A DNA stretch of 64,000 nucleotides, taken from Ignavibacteriota bacterium. Lineage in GTDB: Bacteria > Bacteroidota > Ignavibacteria > CAWHAG01. The notes under the pieces were generated by a model. It had not been told where the DNA came from. It ran no database searches and saw only the letters and a program-made list of their open reading frames with translations. Below, piece by piece: positions 44,511-53,902 of this stretch; within the stretch, counting starts at the first letter, position 1; each line of letters opens with the position of its first letter. The stretch lies in NCBI GenBank assembly GCA_963827285.1, contig CAWHAG010000001.1:51821-115820 (forward strand), in the 5' to 3' direction. The position numbers were made by a program, and so were the translations under genes.

Positions 44511-45532
44511 ATGAGTTGGAAGAAGCCAATACTGTTGGCTATCCTCTTCTACCCCTTCCACAACCAACTTCATGCACAAGCGAGTGCGTTTTCTACAATT
44601 GATGTGCTCAAGTCGTTTCAGGTTGGCAGGGAATGGACATACCGATATGGAATAAGCGGAAGCCCTTCTTATAACTTCTTTTTCGATACAACCTCCATTT
44701 TCCCGTGCTTTTATGGATTTCAGACAGTCAAAGTTGATTCCATCATTCTTGACAGTACAAGTGGCATTCGTACATTCTGCCTTACGATAAGAACAACAGG
44801 AACTGAGGAAGTCATCAACTGGGGAGGGAGTGTTCTTTCGACACGCCAGATTGACTCCATTCACCACACAAGCATTGTGGAAAATTTCAACTTGAATTAC
44901 CGAGCAGGCATGCACCATATTAAAGGCTGGCTTTTCCTTGATTCGCTTGCACGCCTCAGCAGACGATGCCATGGGATACATGAACAATCTTCTATCCTTA
45001 CCTCCGCTATTACCGTTACTATGACCTTGCCTCACCGGATACGTTTGATCTTCGGGGCGATACACTCGTGCTTAGGACTCAATGGAGCGACTGTCACGAT
45101 TTAAGTCTTACAACCACATACTCAATTCTCCCTGACTCCGGTATCGTAATCATTCGGTATTTTGAATTTAACTTCTTTAGCTGGAACATCACTACATCGT
45201 TGACATGTCTCGGTAGTGTAATGACAAATGTCGAAGAGAAACCGTCTGCGCCAATGCTTTTCACGCTTTACCAGAATTATCCCAACCCGTTCAATTCCGG
45301 AACTATTATCGAGTACTCAATCCCAACGAAGGCGCTGGTTCACATCGAGATCTACAGCATTCTTGGCCAAAAGGTGAGAACGCTTTTTTCACAGGAACAA
45401 GAGAGTGGTAGGCATCAAGTGGTTTGGGATGCAAAAGATGACAATAGCAGAACAGTCAGTTCGGGTGTTTACCTGATTCGAGTGAGATGGAATGGCAAGA
45501 ATCAAACAATCCACGCTATGCACGTGAGATAG
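44511..45532 (+). pseudogene. T9SS-secreted protein (type-A C-terminal sorting domain), interrupted by at least one frameshift
   Basis: ORFs 44511..45104 and 45068..45532 overlap in different frames, and the second frame is open from 44984. The C-terminus LYQNYPNPFNSGTIIEYSIP...GVYLIRV is a T9SS CTD. The merged length of about 340 aa matches the 312-aa paralogue downstream. Confidence 0.6.
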
Positions 45533-45538
45533 GAGGAA

Positions 45539-46477
45539 ATGATCATGGAGAGTTTAAAGGAAAAGGGTATAGGCTTGACGGAGAAGTTTTCATTGCTCTT
45601 AGTGTTCAACTTGGCACTGATAGCTACTGCTGTTAGCCAAGGACTTGATACAACGGATTATTTTCCCCTGAATGTCGGCGACATATATTCCTATCGTAAT
45701 GCTTACCCCTGTCCACCAGATACCGTTCGAGAGAGGTATTATCCCCTGCTCAGTTCAACCATTGACACTGTATGGATCGAGGGGAAAAAATACTTTGTGC
45801 AAGATAGGTTCTTTCTTTCACCCGATACCTTGCGGATAGATAAACAGGGAAATGTTGTCATGCGAAATTGGGGAGAGGACAAAGTATTCTACAGAATGAA
45901 TGCGGCAGTGGGTGATACATGGAGCTTCTCATTAAGAAACCACCAAGGACACCCACTGTTTTTTAGAGCGACTCTCCAGAGCCGAAGTGACAGTATATCA
46001 GTTCATGCCGGTCAGTTTCAGCGGTGCTTGAGATTTCGCATTTACTCTGGTGTTGAACCAAACGATGATTGGCTTGCGCCAGGCATTGGATTAGCGTTCA
46101 GGTGTGTCCAAGAACCGATAGAGCTGTATGAAGCGCAAGTTAAGGGGATCAAATATCCATTGGTGACTTCAGTTGAAGAAAACAAATTCAGCCCTATGGC
46201 GGAACTTGCATTATATCAAAACTATCCAAATCCATTTAACACTGAAACTACCATCGAATATTCAATTCCAACGAAGGGGGTGGTTAATATCGAGGTCTAC
46301 AATGTTCTCGGACAGAAGGTGAGAACGCTTCTTTCACAGCAACAGGAAACTGGAAGACATCAAGTGGTTTGGGATGGAAAAGACGACAATGGCAGAGCCG
46401 TCAGTTCAGGTGTCTACCTGATTCGAGTGAGATGCAATAGCAGGGACCAAGTCATCCACGCCGTGTACCTCAGATAG
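45539..46477 (+). CDS. T9SS-secreted protein (type-A C-terminal sorting domain), paralogue of the previous gene
   Basis: GGAGG upstream of the start, signal-like N-terminus, and C-terminus LYQNYPNPFNTETTIEYSIPTKGVVNIEVYNVLGQKVRTLLSQQQETGRHQVVWDGKDDNGRAVSSGVYLIRV. Confidence 0.8.
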   Translation: MIMESLKEKGIGLTEKFSLLLVFNLALIATAVSQGLDTTDYFPLNVGDIYSYRNAYPCPPDTVRERYYPLLSSTIDTVWIEGKKYFVQDRFFLSPDTLRIDKQGNVVMRNWGEDKVFYRMNAAVGDTWSFSLRNHQGHPLFFRATLQSRSDSISVHAGQFQRCLRFRIYSGVEPNDDWLAPGIGLAFRCVQEPIELYEAQVKGIKYPLVTSVEENKFSPMAELALYQNYPNPFNTETTIEYSIPTKGVVNIEVYNVLGQKVRTLLSQQQETGRHQVVWDGKDDNGRAVSSGVYLIRVRCNSRDQVIHAVYLR

Positions 46478-46524
46478 GATGTGCGGGATGTCCAGGCAGG
46501 ATCTGTAAAGTAGAGGCAAATGGG

Positions 46525-46549
46525 AAGGTGACCACCGGTCGCCTTTTTT
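46525..46549 (+). terminator. Intrinsic terminator
   Basis: AAGGTGACC-acc-GGTCGCCTT (9-bp stem with one G-U pair) running into a T6 tract. Confidence 0.6.
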
Positions 46550-46552
46550 GTC

Positions 46553-46581
46553 TTGACATTGTAGATTTGTTTCTTTAATTT
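46553..46581 (+). promoter_or_regulatory. Sigma-70-like promoter TTGACA-17-TAATTT
   Basis: ttgaca-ttgtagatttgtttctt-taattt, about 120 nt upstream of the carboxyltransferase start. Confidence 0.45.
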
Positions 46582-46665
46582 GGGGCGTAGCGATTGGTTG
46601 TGGGGAACAGCACACAATAACATCAGAGCGCAGTGGCACAGAAAAATCCTGAGCGCTATTAGACT

Positions 46666-46700
46666 GCAATCCGCAATCTGAAATCCCAAATCCGAAATCC
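46666..46700. repeat. Heptanucleotide tandem array (5 units) ending 1 nt before a start codon
   Basis: gcaatcc gcaatct gaaatcc caaatcc gaaatcc, then a-GTG (46702). Confidence 0.6.
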
Positions 46701-46701
46701 A

Positions 46702-48375
46702 GTGTCTGTCATCGGCTCTCAAATCGAAAAAGACCTTCTGTTCAATAGGAACGAAGATAACCTGAAGAATCTTGTTCGCATTCTCAACGCAAAAGCTGAG
46801 ATCGTCAAACTTGGTGGCGGGAGAGCGGCAATTGAAAAGCATCATCAGCGCGGTAAACTGACGGCACGAGAACGGATCGAGAGACTCGTTGATCCCGGCA
46901 GCTATGTTCTTGAAATCGGTCTCTTTGCAGCGTACGATATGTATGAGGAGTATGGAGGCGCCCCATCCTCTGGCACGGTGTTCGGCATCGGCAAAGTTCA
47001 CGGACGGGATGTGGTGATTGTCGCCAACGATGCAACCGTTAAAGCAGGTGCGTGGTTTCCCATCACCTGTAAGAAGAATCTTCGTGCGCAGGAAATCTCT
47101 ATCGAGAACCGTTTGCCAATTGTGTATCTTGTGGACTCGGCGGGTGTATTCCTTCCGCTTCAAAGTGAGATTTTTCCAGATAAGGAACACTTCGGCCGCA
47201 TCTTCCGCAACAACGCGGTGATGTCCGCGATGGGCATCACACAGATTGCTGCAATTATGGGGCCGTGTGTCGCTGGCGGTGCCTATCTTCCCGTTATGAG
47301 CGATGAGGCAATGATCGTTGACAAAACAGGCAGCGTGTTTCTCGCTGGTCCTCATCTTGTTGAAGCAGCAATCGGTGAAAGAATTGATGCGGAGAATCTC
47401 GGTGGCGCTACGGTGCATTGCGAAATCAGCAGTGTGACGGATTACAAAATGCCGAATGATGAGGTGTGTCTGGAGACCATTCGAAACATCATTGGCAAAC
47501 TCGGTCATCACTCTACTGCTGCAGGTCTTTCATCGTCTCCATTCTCTCGAATTGCTTCCAAGCCGCCTAAGTTTGACCCAAGAGAGATCTACGGCATTGT
47601 ACCCGAGGACAGGACAAAGCCGTTCGATATGTACCAAGTCCTTGCTCGCATCATTGATGACAGTGAGCTTGATGAATACAAAGCAGGCTACGGGAAGACG
47701 ATTATTACAGGGTATGCTCGGATTGACGGTTGGGCAGTCGGTATCGTTGCAAATCAGCGTTCGATTGTGAGGAGGAAAGAAGGTGAGATGCAAGTCGGAG
47801 GGGTGATCTACTCGGATAGTGCAGATAAAGGGACACGTTTCATAATGAACTGTAACCAGAAACTGATCCCACTTGTCTTTTTCCAAGATGTGACTGGATT
47901 TATGGTCGGCAGTCGTGCGGAGCGTGGAGGCATCATTAAAGATGGTGCGAAGATGGTCAATGCTGTGGCGAACAGTGTCGTTCCGAAAATCACTCTTATC
48001 GTTGGAAACAGCTTCGGTGCTGGCAATTATGCGATGTGTGGCAAAGCCTATGACCCGCGGCTGATTCTTGCTTGGCCCACGATGCGCCTCGCGGTGATGG
48101 GTGGCAAGCAGGCAAGTGAAACGTTACTGAGCATCAAGTTGAATCAGATGGAAAGACAAGGCAAGCATATCTCTAAAGAAGATCAACAACAATTGCTTGA
48201 TGATGTTCAAAAGCGATACGAGCATGAGATGGATCCCTTCTTTGCCGCGGCACGCCTCTGGGTAGATGGCATCATTGATCCACTGGAAACAAGACAAATA
48301 ATTTCACGCGGGATCGAGGTGGCAAGCAATAATCCTGCGATGCCGAGATTCAATCCGGGGGTGTTGCAGGTTTAG
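46702..48375 (+). CDS. Acyl-CoA carboxylase carboxyltransferase (beta) subunit (methylcrotonyl-/propionyl-CoA carboxylase type)
   Basis: LGGGRAAIEKHHQRGKLTARERIERLVDPGS, VANDATVKAGAWFP, GPCVAGGAYLP and FQDVTGFMVG. Confidence 0.9.
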   Translation: MSVIGSQIEKDLLFNRNEDNLKNLVRILNAKAEIVKLGGGRAAIEKHHQRGKLTARERIERLVDPGSYVLEIGLFAAYDMYEEYGGAPSSGTVFGIGKVHGRDVVIVANDATVKAGAWFPITCKKNLRAQEISIENRLPIVYLVDSAGVFLPLQSEIFPDKEHFGRIFRNNAVMSAMGITQIAAIMGPCVAGGAYLPVMSDEAMIVDKTGSVFLAGPHLVEAAIGERIDAENLGGATVHCEISSVTDYKMPNDEVCLETIRNIIGKLGHHSTAAGLSSSPFSRIASKPPKFDPREIYGIVPEDRTKPFDMYQVLARIIDDSELDEYKAGYGKTIITGYARIDGWAVGIVANQRSIVRRKEGEMQVGGVIYSDSADKGTRFIMNCNQKLIPLVFFQDVTGFMVGSRAERGGIIKDGAKMVNAVANSVVPKITLIVGNSFGAGNYAMCGKAYDPRLILAWPTMRLAVMGGKQASETLLSIKLNQMERQGKHISKEDQQQLLDDVQKRYEHEMDPFFAAARLWVDGIIDPLETRQIISRGIEVASNNPAMPRFNPGVLQV

Positions 48376-48398
48376 AGGATACTGGTTCTAGGTGCAAG

Positions 48399-49214
48399 GT
48401 GAGAAACCTACGATCGAAAATCCCTGCTGTGGCGTTCTGCTGGTTCATTGCAATACAGGGGAGGACCTTCGTTGCCCCTTCCATACATGCGCAACCTGTA
48501 CCAGAGCAACAAGACACGACGCATCGCTCTGGATGGGGGCAACAGTCCATAGTTGAAGCAAAGACAGATGGGAGTATCTGGGATGATATTGCCGAGGATT
48601 TGACACCGGGAATTTTTGCAGATGTCCGTAAATTGAGGAACTACATTCGAAGCGACGCGTATGCCAAGAAGAGAGCGGTGTATGGCGAGTTGCAAGCGTT
48701 GGACGACATCTACCAGAAAGCCCTATATATTGAAGAGAACGATGTTCAGGATGCCTTGCTGGCTATCGCCCTGGCTGTGATGGATCATAAGAGACTGGAA
48801 TTTCATCTTCCGTTAGGAATAACGGTTCCTGTCCCGCTTACATTTGAGAGCGACAGTCTTTTCAATGAGAGGTTAAGAAATCTCCCCGCCCACATGTATC
48901 CTGATAGTCCTCGGGATTGGTTTGGTGACAAAGACAAGTCACAGCATTTTTTCGGATCTGCGTATCTGATGTATCTGTTTCGCTCACGGGGAATCGCCGA
49001 TTTTGTTGGAGGCGTAGTTGAGTGGGGGGAGTCTTTTTGGGGATTTCAAGGTGCTGAAGATCCAAGGGATGTTCGCTCCAATCGCCACGGACAGGACTTT
49101 GGAGCAGCACTGTTGAAGAAGCCTACTACGAAACCATCAGAGATTATTCGATGTGAGATTGCGTTCGAGCTGATGCAGCAGCCGGAGAACCTTTTGCTGA
49201 CCTTGGTGAGGTAA
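48399..49214 (+). CDS. Hypothetical secreted protein
   Basis: 271-aa ORF with a GTG start and a signal-like segment AVAFCWFIAIQGRTFVAPSIHAQ. I recognise no family. Confidence 0.5.
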   Translation: MRNLRSKIPAVAFCWFIAIQGRTFVAPSIHAQPVPEQQDTTHRSGWGQQSIVEAKTDGSIWDDIAEDLTPGIFADVRKLRNYIRSDAYAKKRAVYGELQALDDIYQKALYIEENDVQDALLAIALAVMDHKRLEFHLPLGITVPVPLTFESDSLFNERLRNLPAHMYPDSPRDWFGDKDKSQHFFGSAYLMYLFRSRGIADFVGGVVEWGESFWGFQGAEDPRDVRSNRHGQDFGAALLKKPTTKPSEIIRCEIAFELMQQPENLLLTLVR

Positions 49215-49272
49215 GCGGTGTGTGTTTCTATGTTGAATGAGCCACCACTAGGACAACAGACATTGTGAGATT

Positions 49273-50643
49273 ATGATGAAGTCTATTCTTGTTGTTGATG
49301 ACGAAAAAAGCGTCCGGGATTCCATCAAGATGATCTTGGAGTATGAGCGCTTTGCAGTTGACATGGCAGAGGACGGTGTAAAGGCAATCAAAAAAGTTGA
49401 GGAGAACAATTTCGATTTGGTGTTGCTGGATATCAAGATGCCGGGGATGGACGGCATCGAAGTGCTTGGAAAGATCAGAGACCGGCATCCAGATTTACCT
49501 GTGGTGATGATTTCGGGACACGGCACAATCGAGACCGCTGTCGAAGCAACGAAGAGAGGCGCGTTTGATTTTCTTCCCAAACCACTGGACCGTAACAAAC
49601 TCATCATCACGGTGAGGAATGGCATTGAGCAGAGTAAGCTCATCATTGAGAACAAGCAGATGCGGGAGAAGATCGAGGGGAAGGAACAGATTCTTGGTGA
49701 GAGTTCTAGGATCAAAGAAGTTCTGTTGCTCATTCAGCGCGTTGCGCCGACGGATTCCCGTGTGCTGATCACAGGAGAGAACGGTACAGGGAAGGAGCTT
49801 GTGGCGAAAGCGATACACAGGCTAAGTCAACGGAGAGACAAACCGCTTGTCACGGTGAATTGTGCTGCAATCCCGACCGAACTGATCGAATCGGAACTCT
49901 TCGGTCACGAGAAGGGTTCATTTACGGGAGCAACTGCCCAACGGATCGGCAAGTTTGAACAGGCAGATGGCGGCACGATCTTCCTCGATGAAGTCGGAGA
50001 TATGAGTCCACAGACGCAGGCAAAAGTGCTGCGGGTGTTGGAGGAGGGAAAGATAGAGCGTGTGGGTGGAACGAGACTGATTTCAGTGGATGTACGGGTG
50101 ATCACTGCGACGAATAAGGATCTTCTCGAGGAAATCAAGAAAGAAAGATTCCGTGAGGATCTCTATCATCGTTTGAATGTGATACCCATTCATGTCCCAG
50201 CATTACGAGAACGGCGGGAGGATATTCCCGTGTTGGCAAACGCTTTCTTAGAAGAGATTTGCATGCGGAACGGCATTGCGAAGAAAAGAATTGCTGACGA
50301 TGCGATGGCAATCTTACGATCTATGGATTGGGGCGGTAACGTGCGCGAACTCCGAAACATCGTTGAACGTCTGGTCATCATGTCAACGGGCGATACGATA
50401 GACGCTGGACAGATTTCCCTGTTGGCAGGATTGACGACCGGCAGAAGAGGCGACCTTGAGGAAATAGTCGGTGCGAGCGCTACCTTTCAGGAGTTCAAAG
50501 ATCACGCCGAGAAGCTGTTTATCCAGAAACAGTTAGAACGATACAACTGGAATATCACCAAGACGGCAGAGGTGTTGGATATCCAGCGAAGTCATCTCTA
50601 TACAAAGATGAAGAAGTATGGATTGATGCGAGAGGAGATTTAG
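49273..50643 (+). CDS. Sigma-54-dependent response regulator (NtrC/AtoC family), canonical
   Basis: Receiver domain ILVVDDE...DLVLLDIKMPGMDG, AAA+ motif GENGTGKE, intact GSFTGA loop, and C-terminal HTH. Confidence 0.9.
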   Translation: MMKSILVVDDEKSVRDSIKMILEYERFAVDMAEDGVKAIKKVEENNFDLVLLDIKMPGMDGIEVLGKIRDRHPDLPVVMISGHGTIETAVEATKRGAFDFLPKPLDRNKLIITVRNGIEQSKLIIENKQMREKIEGKEQILGESSRIKEVLLLIQRVAPTDSRVLITGENGTGKELVAKAIHRLSQRRDKPLVTVNCAAIPTELIESELFGHEKGSFTGATAQRIGKFEQADGGTIFLDEVGDMSPQTQAKVLRVLEEGKIERVGGTRLISVDVRVITATNKDLLEEIKKERFREDLYHRLNVIPIHVPALRERREDIPVLANAFLEEICMRNGIAKKRIADDAMAILRSMDWGGNVRELRNIVERLVIMSTGDTIDAGQISLLAGLTTGRRGDLEEIVGASATFQEFKDHAEKLFIQKQLERYNWNITKTAEVLDIQRSHLYTKMKKYGLMREEI

Positions 50644-50672
50644 TAGGGGCGATTCGCGAATCGCCCCTACTA
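50641..50672. terminator. 32-nt perfect palindrome TAGTAGGGGCGATTCG/CGAATCGCCCCTACTA between convergent genes (bidirectional hairpin)
   Basis: Its two ends are the stop codons of the flanking genes: TAG at 50641-50643 on the plus strand and TAG on the minus strand at 50670-50672. Confidence 0.6.
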
Positions 50673-51413
50673 ATCACCCGAATGCCGAGCCCTTGCTACC
50701 TCGTACATCAATAGTGCACCTGCGACTGAAGCGTTCAACGAGCCGACTTTGCCGTACATCGGTATCTTGACAAGAAAGTCGCATTTCTCCAATACCAGAC
50801 GCCGTATCCCCTGTGCTTCTCCGCCAACCACGAGAGCAAGGGGGATCTTGAAGTCCACTTCATAGAATGTCTTTTCCGCTTCTGGAGACGATCCGACCAC
50901 CCAGATACCTTTTCCCTTCAGCACATCAATGGTGTTTGAAACGTTGGTCACCTTTGCTACAGCGATGTGTTCGCTGGCGCCGGCGGAGGCTTTGACAACC
51001 GTCTGCGTGATTGAGACCGCATGATGCTTGGGGATAATCACACCATGCACTCCTGCACAGCAAGCCGTCCGGAGCAATGCACCGAAGTTTTGTGGGTCAA
51101 CAATTTCGTCGAGGATGAGGAAAAACGGTGACTCGTTTCGCTGCGCTGGGATCTCCAAGAGTTGTTCAAGAGAGACATACTCCTTCTCTCCCACCATTGC
51201 GACGACGCCCTGCGTCGTGGCATCACTGACAATTTCTCTAAATCTCATCTTGTTGACTTCAACACAGGGGACGCCTCTCTGTTTCGCCAACAATTTGATC
51301 CGCTCGATTGCAGCTCCCCTAACCCCATAAAGCATCAAGATCTTCTCGATGGGTGCATCTGCCTTCAGTGCCTCGATCACCGGGTTTCGACCTGTGACGA
51401 TGTTTGCTTCCAT
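50670..51413 (-). CDS. rlmB: 23S rRNA 2'-O-ribose methyltransferase (SpoU/TrmH family, RlmB-like)
   Basis: GRNPVIEAL, LILDEIVDPQNFGALLRTA and the C-terminal knot region IPMYGKVGSLNASVA. The ATG at 51413 is preferred over the longer ORF. Confidence 0.8.
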   Translation of the reverse strand: MEANIVTGRNPVIEALKADAPIEKILMLYGVRGAAIERIKLLAKQRGVPCVEVNKMRFREIVSDATTQGVVAMVGEKEYVSLEQLLEIPAQRNESPFFLILDEIVDPQNFGALLRTACCAGVHGVIIPKHHAVSITQTVVKASAGASEHIAVAKVTNVSNTIDVLKGKGIWVVGSSPEAEKTFYEVDFKIPLALVVGGEAQGIRRLVLEKCDFLVKIPMYGKVGSLNASVAGALLMYEVARARHSGD

Positions 51414-51522
51414 ACGCCTCGCTCCTTTTCGCTTATGATTGAAATGATGAGCAGGTAGGATATTGCACCGCAATGAATCTTAGAACGGAAGACAACAAGA
51501 TCTCTTGATGCTTGGATCTCTT

Positions 51523-52338
51523 TCAGGCAGTTTGGACTCTTCTTTTGAGATGGTAGATTCCGAAAAGACCAATGAAGATCAAGACAATGGAGGTCAATTG
51601 TGCTTCCGTTAGCCCAAACAGAACTCGCGGATTAATTCTTATGAATTCCACTAAGAGCCGCTCAACACCTGACAACACAAGGTAGATCATAAACAGCTCA
51701 CCGGCAGGATAGTTCTTCTTCCTTATGCTCCATAGAATAACAAAGATCACTATGCAAGCCAACAGCTCGTAAATAGGCGTTGGATGAAGCGGCGTTGTAT
51801 CAGGCACAATCCCACCAGGATAGTTCTTAGCGATCTCAGGAACGTTCTGAAATGCGATGGAGGGAGGATAAATCCCCTTCGCATAAACCGTTCCCCAGGG
51901 CAAAGTCGTTGGAATGCCGTAGTCACCATCACCAGAGAGATGGCAGCCAATGCGAGCGATGCCGTAGCCCAGAGCAAGACCTGGCGCGGTTAGGTCGCAA
52001 AGAAGCAGGAACGAGAGTCTCTTCCTTCTGAGATAGAGGTAGATTGCGGCAATGGCGAGAATGAACCCACCGTACCACGTCAGTCCCGCTGGAGAGAACG
52101 CCGTCTTGAGCGGGGCTTGGAGGAAGGCATTCCATTGTTCGATAAGAAAAAGCCCCTTGGAGCCAATGATGCCGAAGATGAGCGCCAGAAGAGTGATCTC
52201 TGTTGCGATATTTGGGTTCATCTGTTTCCGTCTAAGCTCACGTGTGAGCAGAAAGCTGGCTGCGACAAAGCCCAGACCGAGCATCAAGCCATAGCTGTAG
52301 ACGGTGAAAGGTCCGATTTTGAAGAGTTCTGGGTGCAT
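51523..52338 (-). CDS. lgt: Prolipoprotein diacylglyceryl transferase
   Basis: IGPFTVYSYGLMLGLGF, YGIARIGC, polytopic, about 270 aa. Confidence 0.85.
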   Translation of the reverse strand: MHPELFKIGPFTVYSYGLMLGLGFVAASFLLTRELRRKQMNPNIATEITLLALIFGIIGSKGLFLIEQWNAFLQAPLKTAFSPAGLTWYGGFILAIAAIYLYLRRKRLSFLLLCDLTAPGLALGYGIARIGCHLSGDGDYGIPTTLPWGTVYAKGIYPPSIAFQNVPEIAKNYPGGIVPDTTPLHPTPIYELLACIVIFVILWSIRKKNYPAGELFMIYLVLSGVERLLVEFIRINPRVLFGLTEAQLTSIVLIFIGLFGIYHLKRRVQTA

Positions 52339-52367
52339 GGGCGAGAGATGATTGTTAGGTACAATGT

Positions 52368-52709
52368 CTATTCCACTTCCAACTCTGACACAAGAAGTTC
52401 CTCTCCACTGATGAGTTTAACATTCGCGCTGCCGCATGTCGGACACAGAAAAAGATAATCCTGAACTTCAAAATTGGTTTGACATTCGCTGCACTGTCCT
52501 CGAATCGGGACTTCATCAATCTCTAATCTTGCTCCTTCTATAGACGTCCCCTGAGTGATCACATCAAAACAGAACGTCAATGATGATGGATCTACCGCTG
52601 CCAATCCCCCGATCTTCATTCTGACGACAGAGATCCTTGAGAAGTCAGTTCTCCTCAACTGCTCATCAATAATCTCAATGATGTTCTGTGCGATGGACAT
52701 CTCGTGCAT
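52368..52709 (-). CDS. hypA: Hydrogenase nickel-insertion protein HypA
   Basis: MHEMSIAQNIIEII and zinc site CSEC...CPTCG in 113 aa. Confidence 0.85.
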   Translation of the reverse strand: MHEMSIAQNIIEIIDEQLRRTDFSRISVVRMKIGGLAAVDPSSLTFCFDVITQGTSIEGARLEIDEVPIRGQCSECQTNFEVQDYLFLCPTCGSANVKLISGEELLVSELEVE

Positions 52710-52763
52710 CTAATCTGACATCCTCCTTCCACCTTTGCGGGTGTAGAATTCAGTACTTCCAGA

Positions 52764-52997
52764 TTACAGAGCGGCATCGTTCGACAGCTCGCCCATCTCC
52801 TTGAAATACTGAATCGTCTCTTTAGCGCTTTCCTCGTCGAGTCTCTGTATTGCAAAGCCGGCGTGGACAATCACGTAATCACCGACTCTTGCATCGTTCA
52901 AGAGCATGAGACTGATTTCTTGCCGCACGCCTTCTAGCTCTACCGTGGCTGCGTTTCCAGCAATAGCAGTAATCCTCATCGGAATGGCAAGGCACAT
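52764..52997 (-). CDS. hypC: Hydrogenase assembly chaperone HypC/HupF
   Basis: MCLAIPMRI with the essential N-terminal Cys. Its ATG at 52997 shares one base with the panB stop (TGATG). Confidence 0.85.
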   Translation of the reverse strand: MCLAIPMRITAIAGNAATVELEGVRQEISLMLLNDARVGDYVIVHAGFAIQRLDEESAKETIQYFKEMGELSNDAAL

Positions 52998-53812
52998 CAA
53001 TAACTCTCCTCCTTGCCTGGAAACTTCCCATCCTTCACATCATTCACATAATGCTTGAATACCCCCCGCAGCGTCTCAGCGAGTTCAATGTAACGTCGGA
53101 CGAATCTCGGCTTGAACTCCTCGAACAATCCAAGCATATCGTAGGTGACAAGGATCTGTCCATCGCATCCAACCCCAGCACCAATACCGATGGTCGGCAC
53201 GTTGACGGACTTGGATACTTTCTTTGCCAACGCGGCTGGGATCTTCTCGAGTACTATTGAGAACACACCGGCTTCCTCCAAGATTCTCGCGTCCTTTAGA
53301 ATTCGCGTCGCTTCCTGAGCGGATTCTCCTCTCGGTTTATAACCACCGAACGTGTGGATGAACTGTGGGGTCAACCCCAGATGTCCCATCACGGGTATTC
53401 CTCCCTCAGTCATCCTGCTGACTGCATCGGCAACATGCTCACCCCCTTCGAGTTTCACACCGCCCGCGCCAGTTTCTTTCATGACCTTGCCGGCATTGCG
53501 AAATGCTTCTTCAGGATTGACCTGATAAGACATGAACGGCATGTCAACAATTACTAGTGCTCGTTTGACACCGCGTATCACCGCTTTTGTATGATAGATC
53601 ATTTCTTCAAGCGTAACAGGCAACGTGGTTTCGTTTCCCTGGAACACGTTGCTGAGCGAATCACCGACCAGAATGATCTCAATGTCCGACTGATCGAGCA
53701 ATCGCGCGATGAGATAATCATACGCAGTGAGAGCAGCGATCTTTTCACCGCGTTGTTTCATCTCTCTGATTGTGCGGGTGGTTACGCGTTTGAGTTCTTG
53801 CTGTACACTCAT
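52997..53812 (-). CDS. panB: 3-methyl-2-oxobutanoate hydroxymethyltransferase
   Basis: KIAALTAYDY, ILVGDSL, VDMPFMSY and VKLEGG. Confidence 0.95.
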   Translation of the reverse strand: MSVQQELKRVTTRTIREMKQRGEKIAALTAYDYLIARLLDQSDIEIILVGDSLSNVFQGNETTLPVTLEEMIYHTKAVIRGVKRALVIVDMPFMSYQVNPEEAFRNAGKVMKETGAGGVKLEGGEHVADAVSRMTEGGIPVMGHLGLTPQFIHTFGGYKPRGESAQEATRILKDARILEEAGVFSIVLEKIPAALAKKVSKSVNVPTIGIGAGVGCDGQILVTYDMLGLFEEFKPRFVRRYIELAETLRGVFKHYVNDVKDGKFPGKEESY

Positions 53813-53902
53813 AAACCGAATTCCAATAAAGGATTCTTCATGGATAGAATAACGAGGATAAGTTTGTGACTAAGCACCAATGATGAGTAGTAGCTCAACG
53901 CA

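Noticed and set aside
44496-45065. 189-aa minus-strand ORF
   Set aside because: It is antisense to the T9SS cargo gene, and its composition looks random.
46414-47511. 365-aa minus-strand ORF, one of the longest in the track
   Set aside because: It is entirely antisense to the acyl-CoA carboxyltransferase gene and the end of the T9SS gene, both of which have unmistakable family motifs. Its own sequence is Cys/His/Arg-rich with no recognisable domain, so it is a shadow ORF.
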